This document shows, piece after piece, positions 12,201 through 22,950 of a DNA stretch of 64,000 nt (within the stretch, counting starts at the first letter, position 1; each line of letters opens with the position of its first letter). The stretch comes from Flectonema sp. DT1601 (lineage: Eukaryota). Both the position numbers and the translations under genes were made by a program. Location of the stretch: NCBI GenBank assembly GCA_964019425.1, contig OZ025800.1, forward strand, positions 620,001-684,000, written 5' to 3'. The notes under the pieces were generated by a model. The model did not search any database. It was not told the origin of the DNA and saw only the letters and a list, made by a program, of their open reading frames with translations.

Positions 12201-15200
12201 TACTGATGCGCGTTCTGACCTCTTCTCGTCCAGCCGTTGGGTTCTTCTGGTGTTGTCATGTCTAACCGCCTTTTTGCTCTCTGCTTTCCTAGACTGCTTT
12301 CTTTGTTCGATCGTAAGCATCACCAAAAGTACAACAACCAAACTGGTGGTTATGCGTATGACGAACTACTGCAGTCAGTGTTCTGACCGCCTTTTTGACG
12401 TTCTGACCACTCGCCAGCCCTCCGACGCACTACATCCGCTGAGTTTTCACACGTTCTGACTTCTCTACTTGACGTGGTTGACTGCTGGGATTGATCCCGC
12501 GGGAAAAAAGAAATAATGGAGCTGGTTCCCTATGCGATTGTTTTTCTTCTTTTTATTTTGTTCCGACATCGTCCGTTACTGGAACGAGTGTTTTGGAGGA
12601 ACAGAAAGTTTGTCTCCTCCAGAGAGACTGATAACCCCTCAGCTCACAGTTAGTTCTATTGGTCGTTTGTCTCTTCAGTTAGCTTTTCATGGCTCGACTT
12701 ACCTACCTTATTGTAAAAGTTTAAAACTATTTGTGGGTTTTTCGTTGTGGTATATTTTATTGCAACGATCTGCTGTGTTTGTCAGATTGGCTGAGATGAA
12801 CACTTTTTTGCTTTTACTTTTTGGTTCCACAGGTCGATGACACGCAAAAGCGACACCAATCCCACCAGCCTTATTTGGCAAACACTATCCCGTTCCTTGT
12901 TGGATAATATCTTTTGTCACCCTACTCTGACTTCCATAAGCACTGTGTAAGTGACCGCATCACTAGATTCTGACACCTGTGGTGTGAATGCATCGCTTGC
13001 ACATGCAGCGTTTTTCAATGTTTTTCGTGCTTTTCATCTGAAGGTGGTCAAGTATGGAATTCTTTACTTTATACAACAAAATTATAAAACACGAATGATG
13101 CTCTCTAAAGAGTACCATCAAAAAATAGGCAGTCTCATCTGGATGAGGCGGGCTTCTACTTTTTAGTAGAATCCTGCTTTCCAGTAATACACTATTCAAT
13201 TTCGCAACACAAAAAAAATAATAATAATTCAGAAGTCCCTATTTACTTTTCCCCAAAGAATAATTTTCGTTTTCTACTCTAAGCCAAGAGACGAACAAGC
13301 CACACCCTGGGAGAATGGGGTGGGTAGAAAAGATACATCGATTTCGTTTATTCAGAATTTGTCTCAGTTTGTATGCCTGTCTTCTGCGTTCTTTGCTTTG
13401 CTACCGATGATAGGTAGGCATTCGATTTTGTCTTCCGATGGCTATAAAGGCGTACACAATTTCCCTCCAGAAAGCACTTCCCTGGATTTACGTTAATTTC
13501 TGTTGTTATGATCATCCCCAGCAAAATGCATCTGTGCAGATGTTTAATCGGCAAGGCTAGCATACCTTTCTTGCAGCCCTTTTAAAAAATAGACCTCGCC
13601 CACCCAAGTAAATATGTTTCTGATGTTATGGACCCTTAAACTTTTATTTTCCCCCTTCTTTTTAAAATCCCTCCCTGAGTGATTAGTGTTATCACTACCT
13701 AAACTTTTTAGTCTTGTAGTCCGCAGGGTTTTATTTGTTATTATTCCCGGTGGAAAAGGTGCGTTTCATGTGAGAAAGCTTTAGGTCTGCAGACATGCAG
13801 TATATTGTTTATTGAGACGTGGAATCTTATGTATGTTTGTGCCTTTTTTTTCCCCGTCCCTTTCGCATTTACGGTCAGCCTCCTCTGTGGCCTGACAATC
13901 GTCTTTCGCACTCGTCACTATCTCTCCTAGTTTTATTTGTTATTTTGCTTCTCATGCTCGTTTCCTTTAAAAAGGAGAGGCCATGGGAAGTTTCACGACC
14001 GTATGTGATTCTGAGCTTTCGTAGTGTGACGATACCTACAAAACAAGACTGGCCAATGGATCTGGTGTCACGGTTGCTCATATTTGATTGAATAGTTAAC
14101 CTTCTTGTGAACCATGAACCAACAGGTGCAGCAGATGGATGTCAGTTAGTTTTTTGTTAATGACCGCTGTTGTTTTCCCGTCAGGAGTTTCTTTCTTTTT
14201 CGATTGTAATTAAAGTCTTGATTAAAAAAAAAAATATAAAAAAACTTACTTTGAGCAATTGTTTCTCTGTACATGTGTTGCAGTGACAGCCAGATGAATT
14301 CTTGCGTAACAATACAAAATTAATTCTCCAAAAAAAAAAAAAAAGATAAAAAGGCACTGTGAAAATCACTAAAGTAGGACTAGCGTAACCCGCGAGTGGT
14401 GTGTGAAATTAAATGTTCCACCAACTCCCTTAAATCCACCGTCACCATTATTTAACGAATTATGACCGAAGAGTGGTTTTCTGTTACTCATCCCCAACAT
14501 AGTGTTCGTTGTATTAATCCCCACTAATAATCATAGAGCTGATTAACGCCTTTCAAAACCCACCTAATAGTAATAATCTTTATTTCAAAACCCTCCCTAC
14601 CGTCGGAACACGCGCATCCCTTTTGTTACTAGTTAATTAGAAATGACGCTGTAAAGATAATTGTATTGTGTCGATTGGTCTTTGCAGAAAGCAAAACACG
14701 GTTGACAACATTTCTTTCTTGGATTCCTTTTGGAGTGAAGCCGCGTTGATTCAGTTGTCATCTTCTTCTTCTTTTCTTTGAACAAAACTTTCTCCAACAC
14801 TTTCGTGTTATTACCTCTAAAGGCGATATCCACTTAACGAATATGCAAAGGGAGTGTCCGGCTTTATTCTATTTTCTGTGTATGGAATCATCGCATGCAA
14901 CGATGCTCCTGATTACGATTCACTATTTTTTTTATGTTTCTCTGTTTCTTATTTCAAAAAAAGAAAATCTTGTCTCTTGATCAAAACAAGTAATTGTTAC
15001 ATTCAAAAAGGGGGGTGGGAATATATTGGTCTGTGGTTGGAATCGTATGAATAACTAGTTCTGTATTCTTTTGCAACCTTCAGACAAATATTTTGTGCAC
15101 AAACACATTCCCCCTTTGTTATTTTTCTCTTTTAGCTTTTTCAACCCTACTAGGTGCTTGAAGAGACGCATTTCAACTTGAGAATCTTGCAGGTACATGT

Positions 15201-15837
15201 TCCCTATTTTTTCGTCTCATACTGTCCGGCGTGCTCACCCCCCTCTGTTTTATTAGTTCACTGTTCATAATTAAAATCTGTTGTTTTTCACTTAAATACG
15301 TTATGGTAGAGCCAAACTCGTTCCCAGTATTCTCATCGTATCTCTTGTTGCCCCTCTTCTTCTTTTTTTTTCCCCTTCGCCCTATGGATGCTAATTGAAT
15401 AAGCCTTCCATACTACTCAACCAAGCAATGTCCGACTCTCGGAAAAAGTAATGTTGTCATTGTCATCATATATTGCACTCCTAAGTCATCAACGTACGCA
15501 TTAAGGCTGACCACTCCAGCTTGAATTGATGGCTTTTTTGTTTCAACAAGTTGGGTTAACCAAAATTATTATCAAAAGTCGCCTTTTTTTTTTGTTGGTA
15601 TGAGTTAAAAATAAGTCCTAAAAAGAATAAATAGGAAAGACCTTCGACCCGAACCGCAAGCACTGTTAGTTTGATACGTGGTACATGTTTCCTTCGTCCG
15701 AATCTTTTCCCCTCCCCTTTCTTCGCCTTGATAGTCAACTTTATTTTAAATGTGGATAGCTTCCTGACCCTTTCGCCTTCGACAGGTCAAAAACAGATGG
15801 CTTTCTTTTTTAAATTTAATTTCAGTGACAGGGATAA

Positions 15838-15946
15838 GTGATGCTACTAGGTTTCACTGGTCCCTTCTGGACCAGTGAAATGCGGTGAACCAGCACAACT
15901 TTTGCCTAACAGTTCACTGATGAGTGCCACGTGTCTCTGAGCTGAT
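15838..15946 (+). ncRNA. Candidate structured or box C/D-like small RNA (tentative)
   Basis: Perfect 12-bp hairpin TTTCACTGGTCC/GGACCAGTGAAA (15852-15880) and a GTGAAC/GTTCAC stem. C-like GTGATG at the 5' end, internal CTGATGA, terminal CTGA. Confidence 0.25.
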
Positions 15947-17004
15947 GGGTACCTTGTTTGCTTCATTCGCTTCAGTCTTTTCATTTTATTTGAATGTTCT
16001 ATCACCACAGAACTAACCTATTGCAAACAACCAACCCGTTTCTTAATTATTACTATTGCATATCTACGAAGAACGAAATACAGAAAGAAAAAAAAAGAAG
16101 AAAAAAGAAAGAAAACTTCTCACACAACATTGCCCTCATCCAGTCCCCCTTTCCTTACCTTCGAAGAGAGAGAAAAAAAAAAAAAAGGTTTGAAATTAAA
16201 AAATCTTCTCAACAATTAAGGATTGAAACTTTTTATGATTCAAACTACTTCCATCTCTTTAGCAGCGAAAAAAATATGTAAGAGCCAGGACTTGCCTGAA
16301 CAGGTTGGGGTTGCCGCGCTTCGAGGGGTAGACTAAGGGGAATGGTCCGAAGAAAGATTGTTTTTAATCTTAGCCCGAAACCAGTTTCCTTCGAGAATCC
16401 GCAGGTGGTGCAGGGCTAAACCGAGATGGGGAAGATAACCCGCACACCTTAAGCACCCACGGATGTTGAGATAACGTTTGTATGATGTTCATCTGGCTTG
16501 ACGAGATTAGCAAAGACAAGTACTCACGGATAGGTTGGGTTGCTCTTCAGGTTCTGTTAGTGTTCTCAGCCTCTGAAAGTTTTACTGAGTTCATGCAAAG
16601 AACGGTATGTGTGCAGGGCTGGGTCGCCTTACAGAGAACTGTCCTCTTACACGTCATTCCAACCGAATTTCAAAGTCAAGACACCTGCGAGTTACAGACA
16701 GCCTGGTCGCAAGCAACACTCCTGTTTCTGACCGGGTTATCTAACTCAGGCATGAGAGCTTTTTTAAGGCTACTTTGAATTATCAAGAGCGCAGTACTGT
16801 CCGAAGGGTTCCCGCGTGTCAAGATGCACTTGAGCAGAGAAGTTCCAGAAAGAAGATTACTTTTATCATTCAATATGTAGCCTGCCATGTTTTGGTCATT
16901 ATTGTATCTCAATGGATCAGTTTTCACAGAACATCGTTCTTTAGCAAGCCAAGTATCTATTTTAGCGGTAATTCTTCACCGTTTCAGATTATTTCTCAGC
17001 TCAA

Positions 17005-18105
17005 TTATGTGATGTTACAAATATCCGTCTGCCTGGTCTTCAATACGTCACAGTTGTTGGTGATTATTTCCTCCAAGATTGCGAGTCACTGACATCCGTA
17101 GTCTTATCAAGTCTCAGCAATGTTTCAGCTGTTGGAAAGGGTTTTCTAAGAGGTTGTTCGTCCCTCACATCTCTGGACTTATCAAGTCTCAGCAATATTT
17201 CAGCTGTTGAAGACGATTTTCTGTTTGATTGTTCATCCCTCACAACTCTGGACTTATCAAGTCTCAGCAATATTTCTACTGTGGGAGGCTTTTTTCTAAG
17301 TAATTGTTCATCCCTCACATATCTGGACTTATCAAGTCTCAGCAATGTTTCAGCTGTTGGAAAGGGTTTTCTAAGAGGTTGTTCGTCCCTCACATCTCTG
17401 GACTTATCAAGTCTCAGCAATATTTCAGCTGTTGAAGACGATTTTCTGTTTGATTGTTCATCCCTCACAACTCTGGACTTATCAAGTCTCAGCAATATTT
17501 CTACTGTGGGAGGCTTTTTTCTAAGTAATTGTTCATCCCTCACATATCTGGACTTATCAAGTCTCAGCAATATTTCAACTGTTGGATACCATTTTCTATA
17601 TAATTGTGCATCCCTCACATCTCTGGACTTATCAAGTCTCAGCAATATTTCAACTGTTGGATACCATTTTCTATATAATTGTGCATCCCTCACATCTGTG
17701 GACTTATCAAGTCTCAGCAATATTTCAGCTGTTGAAGACGATTTTCTGTTTGATTGTTCATCCCTCACATCTCTGGACTTATCAAGTCTCAGCAATATTT
17801 CAGTTGTTAGAGACGATTTTCTAAGTGATTGTTCATCCCCCACATCTCTGGACTTATCAAGTCTCAGCAATATTTCAACTGTTGGATACCATTTTCTATA
17901 TAATTGTGCATCCCTCACATCTCTGGACTTATCAAGTCTCAGCAATCTTTCAACTGTGGGAGACGATTTTCTAAATAATTGTTCATCACTTACTTCCTTG
18001 GATTTAACCCTCGTGAATGTGGAATCCGTTGGAAGTAATTTCCTAAAAGGTTGCTCATCCATTAAGAGAGACAAACTGCATACGAGCATAGCGAATTTGA
18101 AATGA
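17005..18105 (+). CDS. BspA/TpLRR-like leucine-rich repeat protein (about 14 repeats of 25 aa); 5' end missing or spliced from elsewhere
   Basis: Frame is open from 16972 to the stop at 18105 with no ATG ahead of the array. Consensus LSSLSNxSxVxxxFLxxCxSLTxLD. A possible acceptor TTTCTCAG ends at 16999. Confidence 0.8.
   Translation, partial: LCDVTNIRLPGLQYVTVVGDYFLQDCESLTSVVLSSLSNVSAVGKGFLRGCSSLTSLDLSSLSNISAVEDDFLFDCSSLTTLDLSSLSNISTVGGFFLSNCSSLTYLDLSSLSNVSAVGKGFLRGCSSLTSLDLSSLSNISAVEDDFLFDCSSLTTLDLSSLSNISTVGGFFLSNCSSLTYLDLSSLSNISTVGYHFLYNCASLTSLDLSSLSNISTVGYHFLYNCASLTSVDLSSLSNISAVEDDFLFDCSSLTSLDLSSLSNISVVRDDFLSDCSSPTSLDLSSLSNISTVGYHFLYNCASLTSLDLSSLSNLSTVGDDFLNNCSSLTSLDLTLVNVESVGSNFLKGCSSIKRDKLHTSIANLK
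17104..18003 (+). repeat. Tandem array of twelve 75-bp coding units
   Basis: TTATCAAGTCTCAGCAAT recurs every 75 nt from 17104 to 17929. Confidence 0.95.
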
Positions 18106-18449
18106 CAAAATTGCGGGTTTGCGGGTTTGCGGGGAATCACTTTTTTAGGATCAGCCATAGTTCTGGTATGGAACTTTTGGGAGTAGAAAGTAAGATGAAG
18201 CAAGTTAAAGATATAACCTTGCAAAACTGGAATGTATACATGTACTAAAGGAAAAGACTTGATAACTCATTCTTTCAATTTTATCTGCAGATGCTTTCTT
18301 TATTCTTACCCATTAAGACAAAGAATAAATAACTAAGAATGGAATATTGATGAGATACTACTACTTACGAAGGGGTGAAGGTGTGACCAAGTAATGGCGG
18401 TCGGCCATGGCCCGGCCGGGGGTTTAGGGAGGGTGGGAATTTTAAATTA

Positions 18450-19230
18450 TTAACCCTCTAATAAGAGGCTAAAAACCCTGTTTTTGAGAAAAATCGAAAA
18501 AATTGACAAAGGAGAAAAGGGGTGTGGGGAAAAATACAAAAAAATTACAGGGTGAAAGACACCCCCCCCGCGCATTGAAAAAAAACTGAGGTCAGCCCGC
18601 AAGGGGGCCAAAATAACTTGAGAAAATGCAACAACAGCCTAAAAAAACACTGTTACTTAGGACCCCCGGGTTCGCTTTGATTTTGGCAATGTTGTAGGAG
18701 TAGAGTGCTTCCGTTTCATGTTTTTCGGTGGGATATGATTGTGTGTAGCAAAGGTATGGTTGTTGCAAACAGGGGCTGAATACTTGTCAATATTTTCGTG
18801 ATATTGTTCGAAGCAGGGATCCATGCATAAGAAAACCTCGCTTTTTGAACAAGAAATCGATGACCTTACTTTTTTTGAGAACAAATTCGTGAACTGCAGT
18901 CCCCAAAAATACCGAATTTTCGTAGGTAGTGACATTTTGTGTGAGTTTGGTGTGTTCCGTGAACAATAAGTTGAGAACATGGCCTCTTTTTGAACTGAGC
19001 ATATGTCCCGACGTCTTTTTCAGACTTCTTTTGGAGGGTGAAAACATTGAAGATAGAAATCTCTAACAAGTAGTGAAAGACTTTCAGGGTCCAGCGTTTT
19101 GTCATCAGAGTTCTTCTTGCCTTCCCCCTGATACCGTCTACGAGGTCAACACCACCCATCAGTTTGTTGTACTGATGGATCTGTGCCAGTAAGTCGATAG
19201 TCACTTTTTGATAGATTTCCTTATTTTAGT
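18450..19230 (-). mobile_element. piggyBac-like DNA transposon remnant (3' part of the transposase plus one terminus)
   Basis: Motifs YNKLMGGVDLVD and KRWTLKVFHYLLEISIFN. Frameshifted Cys-rich tail (CSSRIC...FLCMDPCFEQYH). TTAA|CCCT terminus at 18450-18457. The opposite end was not found. Confidence 0.85.
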
Positions 19231-19235
19231 CCATC

Positions 19236-21064
19236 ACGTGGCTGTCTCATAATCCGGCTACCACCACCCCCACGCAAGTCAAAGAAACGCCCCAACGCAA
19301 GTGCTGCCTCGGAACGTTGTTGTTTGATATTAGCGCCGTCAGGACAAATGCGAGACGGGAAACCTGCTGGATTGCATTTGGTAGAAACCCAGTTGAGCCT
19401 ATAAGTGCATTATAGTCTATTAAGATGATTCATAATGTAATTTACTTGTCTGTTGAGTGCCATGGAACGGACTGACATGCCCTTCTTTGTTGAGTATAAG
19501 GCAGTTTTATTATCCACGTAAATATCCAAATGTGATACTTTCGAGATCGATCGAAGCATGGAAGTAAGAGCAGTGGCCTCAAGGACGTTGATATGCTCAC
19601 TACTTTCCTTCTCAGTCCATCGTGCCCCCATCTCATAATTATGATCAAAGATCACAGCTCCCCAGCCCTTCATGGAAGCGTCGACGAAGATCATCCTAGA
19701 ATCATCATCATCATCTCTCTACATGTGCGTTCCGGGTTGTTAGTGCCTCCTTAGACCAATTTGAAATTCCATGCATAATCTCAGGTGCCGCCATATGTCC
19801 CATCGGCAACCTGGTTAGCTCAAACCACTCCCCTTGCTCATCCTGGGATGTGAAATATTTCCTAGAGCGCTCAGGTATGGAAACCTGGCGTAAAACCCTG
19901 TCTTCAAGTCCCATTGGGATGATGTCTCCCTCGTCACTTGAGAGAGGTACTGAGCAATGTGCTCCAAGGGAACCTTCGGCTTGTACCCGAGTTCGTGCAT
20001 CATCAAGTTGGCCTCCTTCGTCCACAAGATGAATCGCTGCCGTGTTCCAGTTATCCGTTCTTCAAGTATTGTAAAGGGTATTGATTCCAATATCCCGGGG
20101 CTGCTTGTTTGGGTTGCAACCCCTGCCTCTACTAGCCGGCGTGCATGCTGAGACTGCAGACAAGACTCCCTGTGACTCTTTTTATACTGATGGCTTTGGT
20201 GAGTACCTTGCCGACACGGGTTGAACGTAAGGTCCCATACCTCTTCAAACCTCCTGCGTGTCCCATCGGTCATCATCCGTTTTACCTCTTGAACGTCAAT
20301 GGTCCCCACTTCCTTTACGTGTAGAGGCGTCGCCCTCTCTTCCTCGGTTGAAGGGAGGCGAGTGGTCTTCGACTTCCGAGTGAAGTTCTGCATAAGTCTC
20401 CGCGCAGTTCTTGGAATTACAAACGTTGGGTTATGCGGCTTGTGTTCAGGGAGAGGGCCAGCGACCTGTCCGACCCTGCATATCTTAACGTCGTTTCTGA
20501 TATCTGCTGGTTTGCCGTTTCGTGTTTGGCTAGTCGACTTATGGGCATCAGCGGAATAACTAATCCTGTCTGTTTCTTCTCGAAAATGAACTTTATTGCA
20601 CCGCGTTTTATGCTGTGAGCACTGTAATTTTCCATGCGAGAATCCTTCTTCCAAAGTCCTGTGAGCTTTGCAGTGTTGACTTTTGTTAAACGATCGAAGA
20701 ATCCCAACCTCATGATGGCCCTGTATATCTCCTCCGTCCATCTTCCGGTGATTACCGCGAACCTTGAAGCCGTGTACGGGTTCTCCCTCTTTCCCTTCGG
20801 AATCTGGTTCCAGTCCACAATTACTGTTAAAGGGTCGCATTGAATGAAGCTTCTGGAGAGTCGCTCGTGAAAGATGCATTGCAGGTTGCAGCTGGGGTAC
20901 CGATGCTGACTTTCTTTCTTAAGCTTTCTCTTGCAGGATCGCTGTTTCGAGCAGGTAATCGACTGGTGTCGTATGGGGTGGAGGGCGGCTCGCTGTTGGA
21001 TGCATCGGTGGTGCGCTTGTTTGGATTGAATTTTTGACAGATTCTGCAAAGAGAGCGAAGGCAT
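19236..21064 (-). mobile_element. Degenerate tyrosine-recombinase (DIRS order, VIPER/TATE-like) retrotransposon: YR followed by overlapping RT-RNase H
   Basis: YR motifs YSAHSIKRGA, RLAKH, TTLRY (ORF 20417-21064). RT motifs RQRFILW, WDLKTGFY, RLPMGHMAAPE. RNase H motifs IFVDASMKGWGA, HINVLEA, IYVDN, then WVSTKCNPA..SR after an in-frame stop. Frameshifted, with the YxDD region deleted. Confidence 0.85.
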
Positions 21065-21368
21065 TCCTACGAGGAGAACGGGATCAGTACTCCCACATTC
21101 GCTGTGGATGGCTGCCTTCAGTTTAACAACAGTGGGTGGTTCTCGGATGATGTTACGAACATTTCATTCAGCAACCCTGAACCCTCAGTCACGACCGTTT
21201 ATTTTTCATTATGTGATGTTACAAATATCCGTCTGCCTGGTCTTCAATACGTCACAGTTGTTGGTGATTATTTCCTCCAAGATTGCGAGTCACTGGCATC
21301 CGTAGTCTTATCAGGTCTCAGCAATGTTTCAGCTGTTGGAGACGATTTTCTAAGTGAATGTTCATCAC
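21059..21368 (+). pseudogene. Second, truncated LRR gene fragment (pre-repeat region plus about 2 repeats)
   Basis: Translates ..FAVDGCLQFNNSGWFSDDVTNISFSNPEPSVTTVYFSLCDVTNIRLPGLQYVTVVGDYFLQDCESLASVVLSGLSNVSAVGDDFLSECSS. Positions 21208-21340 match 17004-17136 at 131/133 nt. Confidence 0.8.
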
Positions 21369-21370
21369 AT

Positions 21371-22038
21371 GGGATCACGACACCTGCCTCCTCGCGGCGG
21401 TCCCGGACGACTTCGATAGGGGTCGACAAGACGGTGTCAAAGACAGGGGCGAGGACTGCACGGACAAGGAAGAACGCCGGCTGGCGAAACTCGAGAAGGA
21501 AAAACTCGAGTCGCTGGAAGAGAAGCAGCGGCTGGGGCAACAGAGAATGGCCATGGAGCAGCACCACCACCAGAAGGAAACCAACCTTCAAGGACAAGAA
21601 AAACGCCAACACCAACAACAAGAACTGCAAAGTCAGTACCACCAACAACAGCAAAGCCACCATCAGCTGAAGGAAACGGAAAGTCTCCAGAAGGAGCAAA
21701 ACCTACAGGCTCAACTCAAAGAGCAACATCAGCAGGAATTGGAGAAGCAATACCGCCAACAACAACAACAACTGGAAAGCCAGCAGCAGAAGAAGGACAC
21801 CGAGTCCGAACAGCAAACACATTTGACTCGGTCACAGCTACAGAAGGAAAAGGAATCTTCCAGACGGGGAAGGAACGGCTCCACCTCCAGCTGGGGTAAG
21901 CGCGAGAGAGAGGAGAAGAGCGAACTACGCGAGATGCTCCGAAATCTCCAACAACTAGGCGGATTGAGAGAAGAACTCAAGGAGGCAGCAGGAAACTGCG
22001 GGACGGGAAGCGAGAGATGCAAGAACGTTTCTTGCTAG
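21371..22038 (+). other. Gln/Glu-rich coiled-coil ORF fragment, probably mobile-element derived
   Basis: ORF 21358-22038 with EQHQQELEKQYRQQQQQLESQQQK-type repeats, GC-richer than host genes, lying between TE remnants. Confidence 0.35.
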
Positions 22039-22139
22039 AAGCGGGTCCAGGGCTCGCTGAGAACTTGCTGTTGTGCCCTCTTTGTAACTGCCCTGGCATC
22101 AGGTATCTTTGCTCTTGTAGTCTTGCATTGCTTATTAAC

Positions 22140-22950
22140 CCGATTAACTGCTTTTTTTTAGCTGAGTCCCACAGTCCCTTTCCGTGTCCAGCTGCCCAGA
22201 AATTGATGCTGATCGGACCTCCCAACTTCTTGCCCAGTTGAGTAAAAAGCGGTTGTGAAAGTGCGATGCCCCGTCACACCAGTAGTGAACTGGGGAGTCA
22301 CCGAGCACCTTGCTATGGAGGTTTTCTATCGCACAAATGACCCATTGGGAATCTTGTTTGGTGACTGGTGAAATATAAAACTGAGTGTTATAAGCCACAG
22401 TCCCGCCTGATAAACTCGCGACCATGCAGACAAGGATCGATGTCTTAATGAAAGACTGCTTTATGAAATTAGCGGAAAAATCCATGAAAACCCCAAAGTG
22501 GCCTCTCGGAAGGGTATCGAGAAACTGTCTGTACTGGGTCTGGTTTGTCGCTAATTGATGTACGTCTTAATCTCAGCTAGCATAATCTTGAGGAACTACA
22601 GGAACTCGGGGGCCTTCTCCTGTACTAGCTGCTTATTAGTCTGACCTAATATACTCTTGCGCATGACTGCGTCAGCAGCCTCGATACCCTTTCGTCGTTC
22701 TGTTGCAAGGGTCACACTACACGTTTTGCACAGGCACCTGCCAGGAGAATGAAGGAATCCCATGTTTGCTCTCAGCGTATCCTCGGTTCAGCCCATGGGG
22801 CATCAAGCTTAGTTTCTTTAGATTGTGTATTACCAGTAATACACAATCTTTTCATCAGCACGTCCCGCACAGAAACAGCAGATAGGTCTCTTCTCCTTCG
22901 GCATGTTATATTTTGACTATGTAAATATGAGGCATTTCTTTGGCACACGC
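22140..22950 (-). mobile_element. DDD-type transposase remnant (Sola-like)
   Basis: Three motifs in order: HFGVFMDFSANF, YWCDGASHFHN and, after a frameshift, NFWAAGHGKGLWD. These resemble the DFxENY / SDGxxxxFKN / HGKGxxDG pattern. In-frame stops upstream. The Sola assignment is from memory of motifs. Confidence 0.6.

Noticed and set aside
9569..16281. Numerous Phe/Lys-rich short ORFs (also at 38-40 kb and 58-59.5 kb)
   Set aside because: They are translations of poly-T and poly-A tracts.
17104..18003. CRISPR-like array (constant repeat with variable spacers)
   Set aside because: Units are in-frame 25-codon LRRs, the variable parts are homologous to each other, the context is eukaryotic, and there are no cas genes.
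17064..18224. 386-aa antisense ORF across the LRR array
   Set aside because: A stop-free antisense frame follows automatically from repeating one 75-bp unit. The + frame has the recognisable LRR consensus.
17004..21368. Diversity-generating retroelement (RT near a template/variable repeat pair)
   Set aside because: The first two mismatches are A/G, but the following ones involve non-adenine positions in both directions. The RT is a broken DIRS-order enzyme, not DGR-type.
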